A stretch of DNA of 64,000 bases. Source: Oligoflexia bacterium. Lineage in GTDB: Bacteria > Bdellovibrionota > UBA1018. The notes beneath the pieces were generated by a model. That model was given only the letters and a program-made list of their open reading frames with translations. It was not told the origin of the DNA and did not search any database. Shown here piece by piece: positions 29,649-39,698 of the stretch; the first letter of the stretch is position 1; each line of letters opens with the position of its first letter. The DNA is taken from NCBI GenBank assembly GCA_963758495.1, contig CAVWVI010000003.1, positions 96,001 through 160,000 on the forward strand, in the 5' to 3' direction. The position numbers and the translations under genes are program-made.

Positions 29649-31328
29649 ATGACAACTCCTCACTTAACCCATCAGAAAGCGCTCCGACTTCAAAAGAATA
29701 TTTTCCGATCACTCAAAGAAGAAGCCGCCCTTTTATTTGGAAAAATGCCAGCCTCAATTCTTCAGTATGAAAAAGAAAATAAAAGTGATTTCCGCCTGGC
29801 CGGAAAGCAATTTAAAACCATTCAAAAAAAGGCACTCATTGATGCAGCGAGAAAGACTGACGTTACTTTTATCGCTGACTTCCACACTTTCGATCAAGCA
29901 CAACGAACAGCATTAAGAATTATTCGAGAAACAATTCAACCGCATCGCCCCTTAATGATAGGTCTTGAACTTGTTTCTAGTCATTTTCAAAATGATTTAG
30001 ATCATTTTCAAGCCGGAAAAATATCCTTAGAAGAATTTCACAAAATTATTTCCTATCATGAAGAATGGGGATTTCCCTGGAAAAATTACACTCCTCTCTT
30101 TGATTGGGCTCGAGAGAATAAAGTTCGGTTGATTGCACTCAATCGACCTAAGATATTATTTCAGTATCGAGATATTCAAGAACTCCATAAAAGAGATCAG
30201 TGGTCCGCAGGAGTCATTACAGACGCTATCCAAGATGGTACAAAAAAAGACATTCGACCTCAAATGATTATCCTTTATGGAGAACTCCATGTAGGAACTC
30301 GCCATCTTCCTCGCCAGCTCACTCAGATATCTACTCAAGTTTTCAAGAAGCCTCTCTCCTGGATTACGATCCATCAAAATGAAGATCGACTTTTCTGGAA
30401 GCTTGCGGAGAAAAATCGAGACCTTCATTCTGAAATCATAAAACTTAAACAGAATATTTATTGTGTATTTTCTGGCACACCGTGGGCAAAATTGCAGTCT
30501 TTGATTAGCTGGGCGGAAGGAGAAACAACGGACACACCCGAGAGTGAGCAAGACTATCTCTCAATCATTAGTACTTATGGAAAAACCGTTGCTGAATTCC
30601 TAGAGGTCACGCCTCCCTCTTATGAATCGCTCACTATGAGTACGATGAACCAGACGGGCTTTTTAGAAAACCTCAAAGCAAGTCGTTCTTTGAGTTCAAC
30701 GGAACTGAAATTAATCCGTTTTCTGGTCGCCCACAATCAAAGGTTTTATATACACAGCAGTGGCATTACTTACTTAGCTTCGCCTTCTCATAATGGGGCA
30801 GCAGAGCTTGCTTCTATTCATTTACTCAGGGCTAAAAATAAGTCTGATGTATTATTCAACCACCAAGAGGATGACTTTTTCAGACTGGTGTTGGAATTTT
30901 CTTTTGGCTTTCTAGGCAGCTTAATTTTCAATCCTCGCAGAAAATGTGACTTACCTAAGGATCATTTAAAAAGGCTAAATATTTTAAAAAAAGGAGCAAA
31001 GCCTACTTTCCCTTTAGAAAGGGAAGCCCGAAAAATCGCATTGGGAATTTTAAATAATCGCACCTCTCCGGGACTGGACATCAAAACAGTCATGACACGC
31101 AAAAACCTAGCCCCAGCAGCGATCATGGGTGCTAAATATTTAGGGAAAATACTAGGAAAAAGGCTCCATCAATCCATTCTTGCAGAATCTGTAGATATTC
31201 AAACACTCAGAAGTCTTTTCTTTTTGGAACCTGAAAAATCGCCCAGATTCTACGCAGGCCAGTACCAAAAACTCATCCATGCGGCCTCTCAAGCGACCTT
31301 AGCACCTAGTAAAAACGATCAACTTTAG
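29649..31328 (+). CDS. ChaN/Tiki-superfamily domain protein
   Basis: ADFHT, IGLELV...QNDLDHF, WGFPWKNYTPLFDWAR...LIALN, RDQW, GELH; ATG 29649 follows the previous stop. Confidence 0.75.
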   Translation: MTTPHLTHQKALRLQKNIFRSLKEEAALLFGKMPASILQYEKENKSDFRLAGKQFKTIQKKALIDAARKTDVTFIADFHTFDQAQRTALRIIRETIQPHRPLMIGLELVSSHFQNDLDHFQAGKISLEEFHKIISYHEEWGFPWKNYTPLFDWARENKVRLIALNRPKILFQYRDIQELHKRDQWSAGVITDAIQDGTKKDIRPQMIILYGELHVGTRHLPRQLTQISTQVFKKPLSWITIHQNEDRLFWKLAEKNRDLHSEIIKLKQNIYCVFSGTPWAKLQSLISWAEGETTDTPESEQDYLSIISTYGKTVAEFLEVTPPSYESLTMSTMNQTGFLENLKASRSLSSTELKLIRFLVAHNQRFYIHSSGITYLASPSHNGAAELASIHLLRAKNKSDVLFNHQEDDFFRLVLEFSFGFLGSLIFNPRRKCDLPKDHLKRLNILKKGAKPTFPLEREARKIALGILNNRTSPGLDIKTVMTRKNLAPAAIMGAKYLGKILGKRLHQSILAESVDIQTLRSLFFLEPEKSPRFYAGQYQKLIHAASQATLAPSKNDQL

Positions 31329-31368
31329 TTTTCTAAGAGTTGTGAACACTTGACATCTACTCGATTAT

Positions 31369-32784
31369 TTAAGTTAAATTTGTATCTGGCTCAGATCCTT
31401 TATCTAAACGCTTATCTAATTTTCTATAAATGGTCCGTGAATTAATCCCTAAAAGCTTAGCGGTCATATTTTTATCTCCGGAAGTCGCTTCTAGAGTTTT
31501 TCGAATCAAAAGCTCTTCAACATCTTTTAACGAAGTTCCCAAGGGAACCTCTATGGTAGAAGCATGAGACTTCAATTCGGGTTGGGTCAATATTGCATTC
31601 GACACTAAATGAGGAGGCAGTTCCAATGGAGAAATCGTATTTCCACTCACAAACACGACTGCGCGCTCAATCACATTGGATAATTCACGAACATTTCCAG
31701 GCCAGGAATGAGACATCAAAACTTTAAGCGTCTCTTCCGAGACCCCTTGAACCTCTTTATTATGCCGCCGGCAGGCTGTTCTTAAAAAATGATACGCTAG
31801 CATTGGAATATCCTCTAATCGATCCCTTAAAGGAGGAACATGAATTCCAATGACTTCAAGTCGGTACAGAAGATCTGATCTAAAAGCACCTTCTTGAACT
31901 TGCTGTTTCAAATCTTTATGAGTAGCTGCGATCACTCTTACATCCACTTTTTTAGGTACTGTTGTACCTAAGCGCATGACTTCCTTCTCTTGAAGCACTC
32001 TGAGAAGTTTCGTTTGCAATGACATGGGCATATCACCTATTTCATCCAAAAGAAGAGTTCCTCCATGCGCTGCTTCAAAAAGCCCTTCTTTCGAGCCTGT
32101 GGCACCTGTAAAGGATCCCTTATCAAAACCAAAAAGTTCTGACTCAATCAATTGGTCTGGAACAGCTGCACAATTCAGTGCAATAAAAGGGCGATTGGCC
32201 CGAGTACTCTGCTGATGAATACATCGTGCAACGAGTTCTTTTCCCGTACCACTTTCTCCAGATAATAAAACGGTTGCCTGAGTCGGCGAAACACGCTGAA
32301 TGAGTGCTTTGAGTTCTTGCATAGAGGAGGATCGACCGACCATAAGATCACTACTTTCTCCTCCAGAAGTCGGTATATTTTGAGAGTGATCATAATTTCG
32401 AGTTCTGGCTCTCTTTAAAGCTGCATCCACTGAAGACAAGAGCGCCTGTCGCTTAAAAGGTTTCGTTAAAAAATCGACTGCCCCCAACTTCATTGCCCAT
32501 ACTGCATCTTCAATTCGGCCATAGGCTGTCATAAGAATGACTGGCATAGTCTCTCCACAAAGAGAGAGGGCACGAAGAAATTCCAACCCTCCTAATCGAG
32601 GCATTCTCACATCTGTAATAATCAGATCTAAACCAGGACTCACCCTCCCTGGAGTCGGCCTTACATTCTCTAAAGCACTTTGGCCATCTACCGCGGTAGT
32701 CACTTGATATCCTGCAAACTCTAGAATCTTTCGAGTTGATTCCAATGCCTGAGGGTCATCATCTACAAGTAAAATTTTCGGCAT
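31369..32784 (-). CDS. Sigma54-dependent response regulator (NtrC family)
   Basis: REC domain, GESGTGKE, GSFTGA, WPGNVREL, Fis-type HTH. Confidence 0.95.
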   Translation of the reverse strand: MPKILLVDDDPQALESTRKILEFAGYQVTTAVDGQSALENVRPTPGRVSPGLDLIITDVRMPRLGGLEFLRALSLCGETMPVILMTAYGRIEDAVWAMKLGAVDFLTKPFKRQALLSSVDAALKRARTRNYDHSQNIPTSGGESSDLMVGRSSSMQELKALIQRVSPTQATVLLSGESGTGKELVARCIHQQSTRANRPFIALNCAAVPDQLIESELFGFDKGSFTGATGSKEGLFEAAHGGTLLLDEIGDMPMSLQTKLLRVLQEKEVMRLGTTVPKKVDVRVIAATHKDLKQQVQEGAFRSDLLYRLEVIGIHVPPLRDRLEDIPMLAYHFLRTACRRHNKEVQGVSEETLKVLMSHSWPGNVRELSNVIERAVVFVSGNTISPLELPPHLVSNAILTQPELKSHASTIEVPLGTSLKDVEELLIRKTLEATSGDKNMTAKLLGINSRTIYRKLDKRLDKGSEPDTNLT

Positions 32785-34822
32785 ATGAAATCTCCTCTAA
32801 TTTTCTGAATCTGCCCATCTCCAACAAAGGCAAAAATAATTCAAAACACGCTCCTTCTCCGAGGGGACGATCCATATTTTGAATCATACCACCATGATCT
32901 TCCAAAACTTTCTTAATAAATGAAAGACCCAAACCAGTCCCTTGCGCTCGAGTAGTTACAAATGGAGTAAATAATTTTTTTCTGACTTCAATTGATATAC
33001 CTGGCCCAGAATCTTCAATACGGAGCCAAACTTTTCCACTATCCGTATTTCCTAAACGCCATGAAATCATGGGTTGAGATTGTGTATTTTGCTTTTGCCC
33101 CTCAAGAGCCTGTAAGGAGTTTCTAAATAAATTTCCAAATACTTGCTCTAAAAGATCGCGATCAGCCCAAACTCTTAAATTGCACCCAGGCTCATTTGTC
33201 CAATTTACTTCAACTCCTTGGTCTTCGCAAGCAGGCGCATAGGTTGCAAAAACTGATTCTAAAACTTCACGCAAATCCACTACCATTTTCTGTCCATCAG
33301 ATAAGCGAGAAAGTTTAAGATAATTTTCAGTAATTTTTTGAAGTCGATCAACCGAGCCCAAGATCGATTGCAAAGATTGCTTTAAGCTCAGGTCTCCCAA
33401 CTTAAATGCCATTTCTGCTGCCATCTCTGCTTCTAGTCCGATCGAGTGAAGTGGATTTCTTACTTCATGTGCAACCTGAGCGGACATCCTACCTACGGCT
33501 GCAAGATTCTCTGCTTGCCTCAGTCTTTCTTGAAGATTCAATTCTTCGGTCAAATCATCCAAAACAATAATAGCACCGTTGGCTCGGCCATGCTCTTGCC
33601 GCAGGGGCATCAAATAGCCTCCAAAGATTTTTCCATCCAAGTTGAGTGGCCCCAACTTCCAAGTTTCCGCAATTTGCTGAAGTCGAATCAAAGACTGCTC
33701 GACTCCAGAGAATTCCTCTAAAAGTGCTTTAAGTTTTGGCCAAACTTTTAAATCTGAGCCCATAATTTGATCTTCCACCCCCCCTAGCCAACGGGAAGCT
33801 TCTGGATTACATTGAGTCACCTTACCATTTAAATCTGTCACTATTAGAATTGAATCAATACTATTTAAAATATTTTCATTCAATTCGCCCATATCTCTTA
33901 ACAACCGGTTTTGTTCCTGAAGTCGGCTTTTCTGAGTTTCTACGGTTTTTTCGCGCTCTAGAAGGGCCGTAGCCATATGATGAAATTCTCGAGCCAGCTG
34001 ACTGACTTCGTCGGAGCGAGTTAATGGAATTTCAGGTAGGAGCGACTTATCTTCTTTTCGAAGGCCACGTCGAGTAATTTCGCGCGCTAATCTGGTTAAC
34101 TCCGCCAGAGGGCGCAATGCTCGCTCTCCAAGCCAAAGCAATAAGAGAGACATAAGAACAACAATGATCAATATCATTTCCATTCCGGCTCGGAGTTCCA
34201 CTACCTGATTTTCAGCAGCCGCAAAATTTTGCCTAAGAGAACGCTCATATTCAGTCGTTCCCCACTGAAGCTGTCGCTTCCACTCCTCACTATTCGAAGT
34301 CCATCTTGTATAAATTTCGAGAGCAGACAATTCGTTTTTTTGATCCAACGCTAAGTAGAGCTTTGCAGCATCGTCTATTAATGACTTAAGACGAAGCGAG
34401 ATTGCATTCGCCCATTCTAGCCAATGAACACGAACTTCAGGATTAGCCCATTCTGATTCACTTTGAATAAGATCCTGAATTCTAGACATCTCATTTTCCA
34501 AGACATCTTCAATCCACTGAGGAGCCGGATGTAATTTCCAATGAGAATCTTTCCAATGCGAATTACCCAAGTTCCTTTCGAGCTCACGATGAAAGACTTC
34601 TGAATCGGATAACATTTGGGTAAATAATCTACCCAATGGCACGGATACATGATTAATCGCCTCTAAATGCTGATTGACTTCAGTAATTCTGTATAGGCAG
34701 ACCGTAGAACTCAGAAGAGACAGGAGGACCATAGCTCCCACAAAAGCCAAAATTCGCTGTCTGAGGGACCCTTTTTTAAGCAAAAAAAAGCGATGATATG
34801 CCATTCTTAAATAACATAACAT
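32759..34822 (-). CDS. Sensor histidine kinase (HAMP, PAS, HisKA, HATPase)
   Basis: Two TMs, DEVSQLAREF, AHEVRNPL, DSGPGI, GTGLGL. Confidence 0.94.
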   Translation of the reverse strand: MLCYLRMAYHRFFLLKKGSLRQRILAFVGAMVLLSLLSSTVCLYRITEVNQHLEAINHVSVPLGRLFTQMLSDSEVFHRELERNLGNSHWKDSHWKLHPAPQWIEDVLENEMSRIQDLIQSESEWANPEVRVHWLEWANAISLRLKSLIDDAAKLYLALDQKNELSALEIYTRWTSNSEEWKRQLQWGTTEYERSLRQNFAAAENQVVELRAGMEMILIIVVLMSLLLLWLGERALRPLAELTRLAREITRRGLRKEDKSLLPEIPLTRSDEVSQLAREFHHMATALLEREKTVETQKSRLQEQNRLLRDMGELNENILNSIDSILIVTDLNGKVTQCNPEASRWLGGVEDQIMGSDLKVWPKLKALLEEFSGVEQSLIRLQQIAETWKLGPLNLDGKIFGGYLMPLRQEHGRANGAIIVLDDLTEELNLQERLRQAENLAAVGRMSAQVAHEVRNPLHSIGLEAEMAAEMAFKLGDLSLKQSLQSILGSVDRLQKITENYLKLSRLSDGQKMVVDLREVLESVFATYAPACEDQGVEVNWTNEPGCNLRVWADRDLLEQVFGNLFRNSLQALEGQKQNTQSQPMISWRLGNTDSGKVWLRIEDSGPGISIEVRKKLFTPFVTTRAQGTGLGLSFIKKVLEDHGGMIQNMDRPLGEGACFELFLPLLEMGRFRKLEEISYAENFTCR

Positions 34823-34917
34823 ACTTCTTCACCGCACGAAGTCCTGTTGCGCCGGGAATCCAAATCTTTAGAGCGCACGAGGATTTTCGTTTCAGTGCTT
34901 ACAGGGTTCTCTTCATC

Positions 34918-36510
34918 TCACTTCGGTTCATCTACCGTGGGTAACGTGGGCAATTCTAACCGAGGATAAATGGGCTTAGGCTCAACAGGCTGAAATGAAG
35001 CACCGCCCCATCGTAAGGCCTGAATAGCACCCTGCTCTGGCGGTGGAGTTAAGCCAATTTGTCTAAAGACTTCTGGCATTCCAAAAGGTAAAATAGACAT
35101 CCACGCAGTTGCAAGCCACCGGATGCCTTCCAATAAAGTATAAAGCACCTCTTCTAATTCAGCTATCGCCTCTGGCGTTCCTAATTTAGCGATCGCCCAG
35201 GGTTTAGTTCGATCGATATATAAGTTAAGAGTCCGAGAGCGCACAGAGCAAGCCGCCGCATAACCCGAAGGATCAGTTTTTTCCAAAGCCGACACAAGTT
35301 GAGCAGGGAGGCTTTCGAAAGAGGCACGAACTTCAGAAGAATGAGTCACTTTTTGCGGCATCTTCAGTGTTTGACCCGGAAAATATTTCCGAGCCATGCT
35401 GATCGATCGATTCACCAAGTTGCCCCAATCATTAGCGAGATCCGCATTATTCTTTAAAATCAGTGCTTCCCAGGTAAAATTACCATCTTGGGAAAATTGA
35501 TTCTCAGCAAGCATGTAATACCGAAATGGATCAGCCCCAGTGACTGCCATGACTTCATCGGGTGTTACGACATTACCGGTACTTTTAGACATCCGGTCAC
35601 CCTTGATAGTGATGTATCCATGAGCAAATACTCGCCGAGGAATCGGCAGATCGAGCGCCATCAACATTGCTGGCCAATAGACACAATGAAATCTGGAAAT
35701 ATCTTTTCCTATAATATGGACCTGTGCTGGCCACTTAGCATCGAAGGCTTTTGCTTGAGGACTGGTGGGATCGTTCAGTTTAAATTCCAATCCCGCTGCC
35801 GTCAGATAATTAATTAAAGCGTCAAACCAAACATAAACAATATGTTTGGAATCGAAAGGTAAAGGAATACCCCAGGTAAAAGTAGAACGTGAAACTGAGA
35901 AGTCCTTCAATCCAGACTGTATAAAATTAACAATCTCCGCACGGCGATATTCAGGTTGTAAAAAATCAGGCTGTTCTTCAAATAGCTTTAACAGCCTGTC
36001 CTGATACTTAGACAAACGAAAAAAATAATTGTCCTCTGAAATCCAGCGAGGAGGTTTACCATGAGCAGGACAAAGGCCATCTTTTAAATCTTTTTCAGTA
36101 TAATAAGCTTCGCAACTCTCACAATAAAGCCCTTCATATTTTGCCTGGTAAATATCACCTTGGTCGAATGCCTTCTGCACAAGAGCTTTCACTACTCTTT
36201 TATGGTCTTCATCAGAAGTCCTGATAAATCGATCATAGCTCATGCCCATCTGACGAAGTACTTTTTCAATATCTTCAGCCATTTGATCACAATAGACCTG
36301 AGGTGCAAGACCCTTACTTTCCGCGGCTCGTTGAACATTAATCGAGTGCTCGTCCATTCCGGTGGCAAAAAAGGTCTCCTTACCCATCAATCTTAGGCCA
36401 CGAACGAGCCAATCCGAACCTAAACACTCCCACGCCCAACCCACATGAATTCGGGAATTAGGATAAACAATAGCAGTGGTGACATAGTCAACTTTATTAT
36501 CTGAAAGCAT
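34918..36510 (-). CDS. metG: Methionyl-tRNA synthetase
   Basis: YVTTAIVYPN..IHVG, TGMDEH, YVWFDALINY, GKDI.RFH, RMSKS. Confidence 0.95.
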   Translation of the reverse strand: MLSDNKVDYVTTAIVYPNSRIHVGWAWECLGSDWLVRGLRLMGKETFFATGMDEHSINVQRAAESKGLAPQVYCDQMAEDIEKVLRQMGMSYDRFIRTSDEDHKRVVKALVQKAFDQGDIYQAKYEGLYCESCEAYYTEKDLKDGLCPAHGKPPRWISEDNYFFRLSKYQDRLLKLFEEQPDFLQPEYRRAEIVNFIQSGLKDFSVSRSTFTWGIPLPFDSKHIVYVWFDALINYLTAAGLEFKLNDPTSPQAKAFDAKWPAQVHIIGKDISRFHCVYWPAMLMALDLPIPRRVFAHGYITIKGDRMSKSTGNVVTPDEVMAVTGADPFRYYMLAENQFSQDGNFTWEALILKNNADLANDWGNLVNRSISMARKYFPGQTLKMPQKVTHSSEVRASFESLPAQLVSALEKTDPSGYAAACSVRSRTLNLYIDRTKPWAIAKLGTPEAIAELEEVLYTLLEGIRWLATAWMSILPFGMPEVFRQIGLTPPPEQGAIQALRWGGASFQPVEPKPIYPRLELPTLPTVDEPK

Positions 36511-36671
36511 ATATAGAAAGGAACTACCCTTAAGTCCCCTTACCTGCAAGCCGATAAATAAGGGAAAGGGTGTTGTGAAAAGTAAAAAGGATCTGGTATA
36601 TAACGCATGATATAAAGCAGATTAAAACTTTCAAGCTGGAACCCTGGCATACCTTATGCGAATACTTAAGA

Positions 36672-37643
36672 ATGAGCCAATTCGGGATTCCCTCCAATTT
36701 TGTTACTGGAAATTCGACCCGAATCAAACTTTGCATCCTTTTCCTTGTCCTGCTCCTTCATTTTTTATTATTCAAGGCTCACTTGGAGTGGTCAGCTCCT
36801 CTTGCTCATAAAACTCCACCCGTAGAAATTCAAAATATTGATCCCCGAAAATTAGAGACCATTCGTCGACAATGGAAAGACAAAAGCCTCCTTCTAGATC
36901 AAGATAAAAGTCGACCATCCGAAAAAGAAGCCCCCCCTGATGCGCGTTATCTGTCGGATCGAAATATTCATGTTGAAAAGGAACAGCGCGCTAAAGAGAC
37001 TGATGTTATTCCCAAACCGGGCCATCCCAATCAGCCTCAAAGTTCTGCCCAAACTGAGAAACACTCTCAGCCCAAGCACCGCGCCCAAACAAAACCGCTA
37101 CCCAAACTGGGAAACCTGGGAATCCCTTTTTCATTCGATAAAAAAGTAGATCCATCTCCAAAGTTAGCCCAGAATTCTCCCCAAAATTCCCAACGCAACT
37201 TAAGTTCATTTGCACCCGCAGGCGGAGATCAAGCGATTCCAGATAAAAATCTTCCGACCGGTAGTGAGAACTTATTGAATGCACAAGAGTCTGTTTACTA
37301 TTCATTTTACGCTCGATTATATGAGGCGATCGGCCCCATTTGGCAAAGTCGAATCCGACAAGTCCCCTATCAAAGGCGAGTCATGCCAGGAGAATACCGT
37401 ACGAGTGTCGACGTAGTCCTCGATAAAAATGGAAATGTGCTGGAAATTCGAAAATTACAAGGTTCAGGCATAGAGGAATTTGATAGTGCGGTAGATGAAG
37501 CTTGGAAAAAAGTGGGCAGATTTCCCAATCCCCCAGAAGGACTTCTCGACGGAGAAAGACATGTTCACACGGGTTGGACTTTCAGTGTTGATGTTGGACA
37601 AGGTTTTGGTGCAATGTCTCTCCCACCTGAGCGGAATTACTAA
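36672..37643 (+). CDS. TonB C-terminal domain protein
   Basis: N-terminal TM, Pro/Gln linker, SGIEEFDSAV...FPNPP. Confidence 0.82.
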   Translation: MSQFGIPSNFVTGNSTRIKLCILFLVLLLHFLLFKAHLEWSAPLAHKTPPVEIQNIDPRKLETIRRQWKDKSLLLDQDKSRPSEKEAPPDARYLSDRNIHVEKEQRAKETDVIPKPGHPNQPQSSAQTEKHSQPKHRAQTKPLPKLGNLGIPFSFDKKVDPSPKLAQNSPQNSQRNLSSFAPAGGDQAIPDKNLPTGSENLLNAQESVYYSFYARLYEAIGPIWQSRIRQVPYQRRVMPGEYRTSVDVVLDKNGNVLEIRKLQGSGIEEFDSAVDEAWKKVGRFPNPPEGLLDGERHVHTGWTFSVDVGQGFGAMSLPPERNY

Positions 37644-37714
37644 AGAATTTGAGAAACTCTCACATTTCTCAATTGAGAAGTGACCCCTAGCTCAATTTCA
37701 TCTTAAGTTGAGAG

Positions 37715-38500
37715 CTACATCATCAACTGATTCATAAATCTGTAAATCAAAAGAATCAAGAAAGCCATGAGCACGACTCGAACATCCCAACGCCTAGTAA
37801 ATAGATTTAAACTATCCAAAAAACTACGCTCCGATGGATACTTTCTCAATACTTCATGATCCATGACTCGTTCTAAGGACTCTAAAGAACTCAAGTTCCC
37901 CACAATCTTCGAGATCTCTTTGTCGATCTTGAAGTAAACATCCCGACATCGCGAGAGTGCTTGAGAGCAAGAAGCACAAGCCAATAGGTGATTTTGCAAA
38001 AATAATTGATCTCGATGAGACTCAATTTCCTCATCCAAAAACTTCTGGGTCCAAGGACGTCGAGAATGATATTCAGGGCATCGAATCCCTTGAGTTTTAG
38101 GGCCTGATGGATAAACCAAAGACGTACTCAACTGTAATCTCGCGCTCCAGCTCATTTCTTGAATTTCATCTGGGGTCTTCTTTAAAATTCGACTCAACCT
38201 TTCGTAAGACCATCGTCCGATATGGAGAGCCACAAGCAAAAATCTTTCCTCTAATGTTAAACGAAAAAATGTCCCACTGAGAAAATCAGCATTCATCAAT
38301 GTATTGGCTGCGGTGCCCTCGCTTTTTGCACGAACTAGAAGAGCAGTTGCGGCTTTTTCGAGGGTTCGCTCAGGAGTCAAATCAAGCAAGTTGACTGCGG
38401 CAAGAGTTTCTATAGCCGAACGCTCGGAATAAACAGGATCCATCCACAATGCATTACCGATTTTTGAAAATGTATTGAGATCTTCTTTTCGCATTTTCAA
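37715..38500 (-). CDS. Sigma70 region-4-like HTH fused to HxxxCxxC zinc anti-sigma motif and C-terminal TM
   Basis: LTLEERFLLVALHIGRWSYERLSRIL...ARLQL; HLLACASC; terminal hydrophobic helix. Confidence 0.6.
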   Translation of the reverse strand: MKMRKEDLNTFSKIGNALWMDPVYSERSAIETLAAVNLLDLTPERTLEKAATALLVRAKSEGTAANTLMNADFLSGTFFRLTLEERFLLVALHIGRWSYERLSRILKKTPDEIQEMSWSARLQLSTSLVYPSGPKTQGIRCPEYHSRRPWTQKFLDEEIESHRDQLFLQNHLLACASCSQALSRCRDVYFKIDKEISKIVGNLSSLESLERVMDHEVLRKYPSERSFLDSLNLFTRRWDVRVVLMAFLILLIYRFMNQLMM

Positions 38501-38634
38501 TCTACCTAAAATCTAGTTTAAATGATGTATTCCTGTAGCACAAGCTTTCACACAGGAGTGCTCATGACATAGTTTTTGCATTCATTCCCCCTGGAAATAT
38601 TTACCTATCTCTGAACAAGAAATGAGGAATTTTT

Positions 38635-39234
38635 ATGAAACACGTACTTCCTGATCTCCCCTATCCCATCCACGCACTTGAACCCATCCTTTCAGCTGAA
38701 GCATTAGAATTTCATCATGGTAAACATCACAAAGGATATGTCGATAAACTGAATCAACTCATTCAAGGAACAGAATTCCAAGAAATGTCCCTGGAGGAAA
38801 TTATTGCAAATTCCAGTGGGCCTATTTTTAACAATGCGGCACAAGCCTGGAATCACACTTTCTTGTGGCACTCCATGATTCCACAACCTCAAGTGCCTCA
38901 AGGCCAATTTCTTCAGGCAATTGAACGGGACTTTGGCTCATTGGATCAATTTGCTGACAAATTCCAAAAAGCTGCGATTGACCGTTTTGGATCAGGTTGG
39001 GCCTGGTTAGTACGAAATGACTCTTCTGACAAACTCACCATTGAGACGACCTCTAACGCTGAAAATCCTCTTGTTGCCGGGAAAAAACCTTTACTCACCT
39101 GCGATGTCTGGGAACACGCTTATTACATTGATTATAGAAATGAAAGAGCACGCTATCTTCAATCATTCATGAAAATTTTAAATTGGGAATTCGCACAAAG
39201 AAATTTCGAGACTCCTTGGGCGATGGCGGCGTAA
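38635..39234 (+). CDS. sodB: Fe/Mn superoxide dismutase (Fe-type)
   Basis: HHGKHH, FNNAAQAWNH, FGSGWAWL, DVWEHAYY. Confidence 0.95.
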   Translation: MKHVLPDLPYPIHALEPILSAEALEFHHGKHHKGYVDKLNQLIQGTEFQEMSLEEIIANSSGPIFNNAAQAWNHTFLWHSMIPQPQVPQGQFLQAIERDFGSLDQFADKFQKAAIDRFGSGWAWLVRNDSSDKLTIETTSNAENPLVAGKKPLLTCDVWEHAYYIDYRNERARYLQSFMKILNWEFAQRNFETPWAMAA

Positions 39235-39260
39235 TCCTTGAGTATTACCCCACGTTCGAG

Positions 39261-39284
39261 TGTGAAAATACTAGTATTTTCACA
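39261..39284. promoter_or_regulatory. Perfect 24-bp palindrome (operator or terminator-like)
   Basis: tgtgaaaatactagtattttcaca between sodB and a TTGACA promoter at 39311. Confidence 0.5.
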
Positions 39285-39389
39285 TTAATGAGCGTCTATT
39301 TAATAATAAATTGACAAGATGTATATAATATATATACCATATAATATATACACTAATAAGGGGTAATTAAAACAAGGGGATGTAATTAA

Positions 39390-39695
39390 ATGCTTAAAAT
39401 AACACGGATTTTACTTTCGGTTTCATTACTCATCATCACTACCAACATAGCTCATGCAACAGGAGCGAGCAGTCTTGAGCCAGATGAGAAGGCCTTGATA
39501 CATGGCTTAAACAAACAATCCTTATCTGATCGAACCAAAGAAATGGCTAATATCAAAAAGCATAGCCCTCATGTGCATGCAAAAATAGTATCACATGTTC
39601 ATAATGTACCTGGCGGAAAGATGCCACTTACGTCTGGAAGTACTACGCCAGCACCTGGTGCAGCAACAGGGCGAATGAGAAGTCAAACTCAATAA
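39390..39695 (+). CDS. Small secreted hypothetical protein
   Basis: Signal peptide ending AHA; RBS aagggga; AT-rich upstream region. Confidence 0.7.
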   Translation: MLKITRILLSVSLLIITTNIAHATGASSLEPDEKALIHGLNKQSLSDRTKEMANIKKHSPHVHAKIVSHVHNVPGGKMPLTSGSTTPAPGAATGRMRSQTQ

Positions 39696-39698
39696 AGA

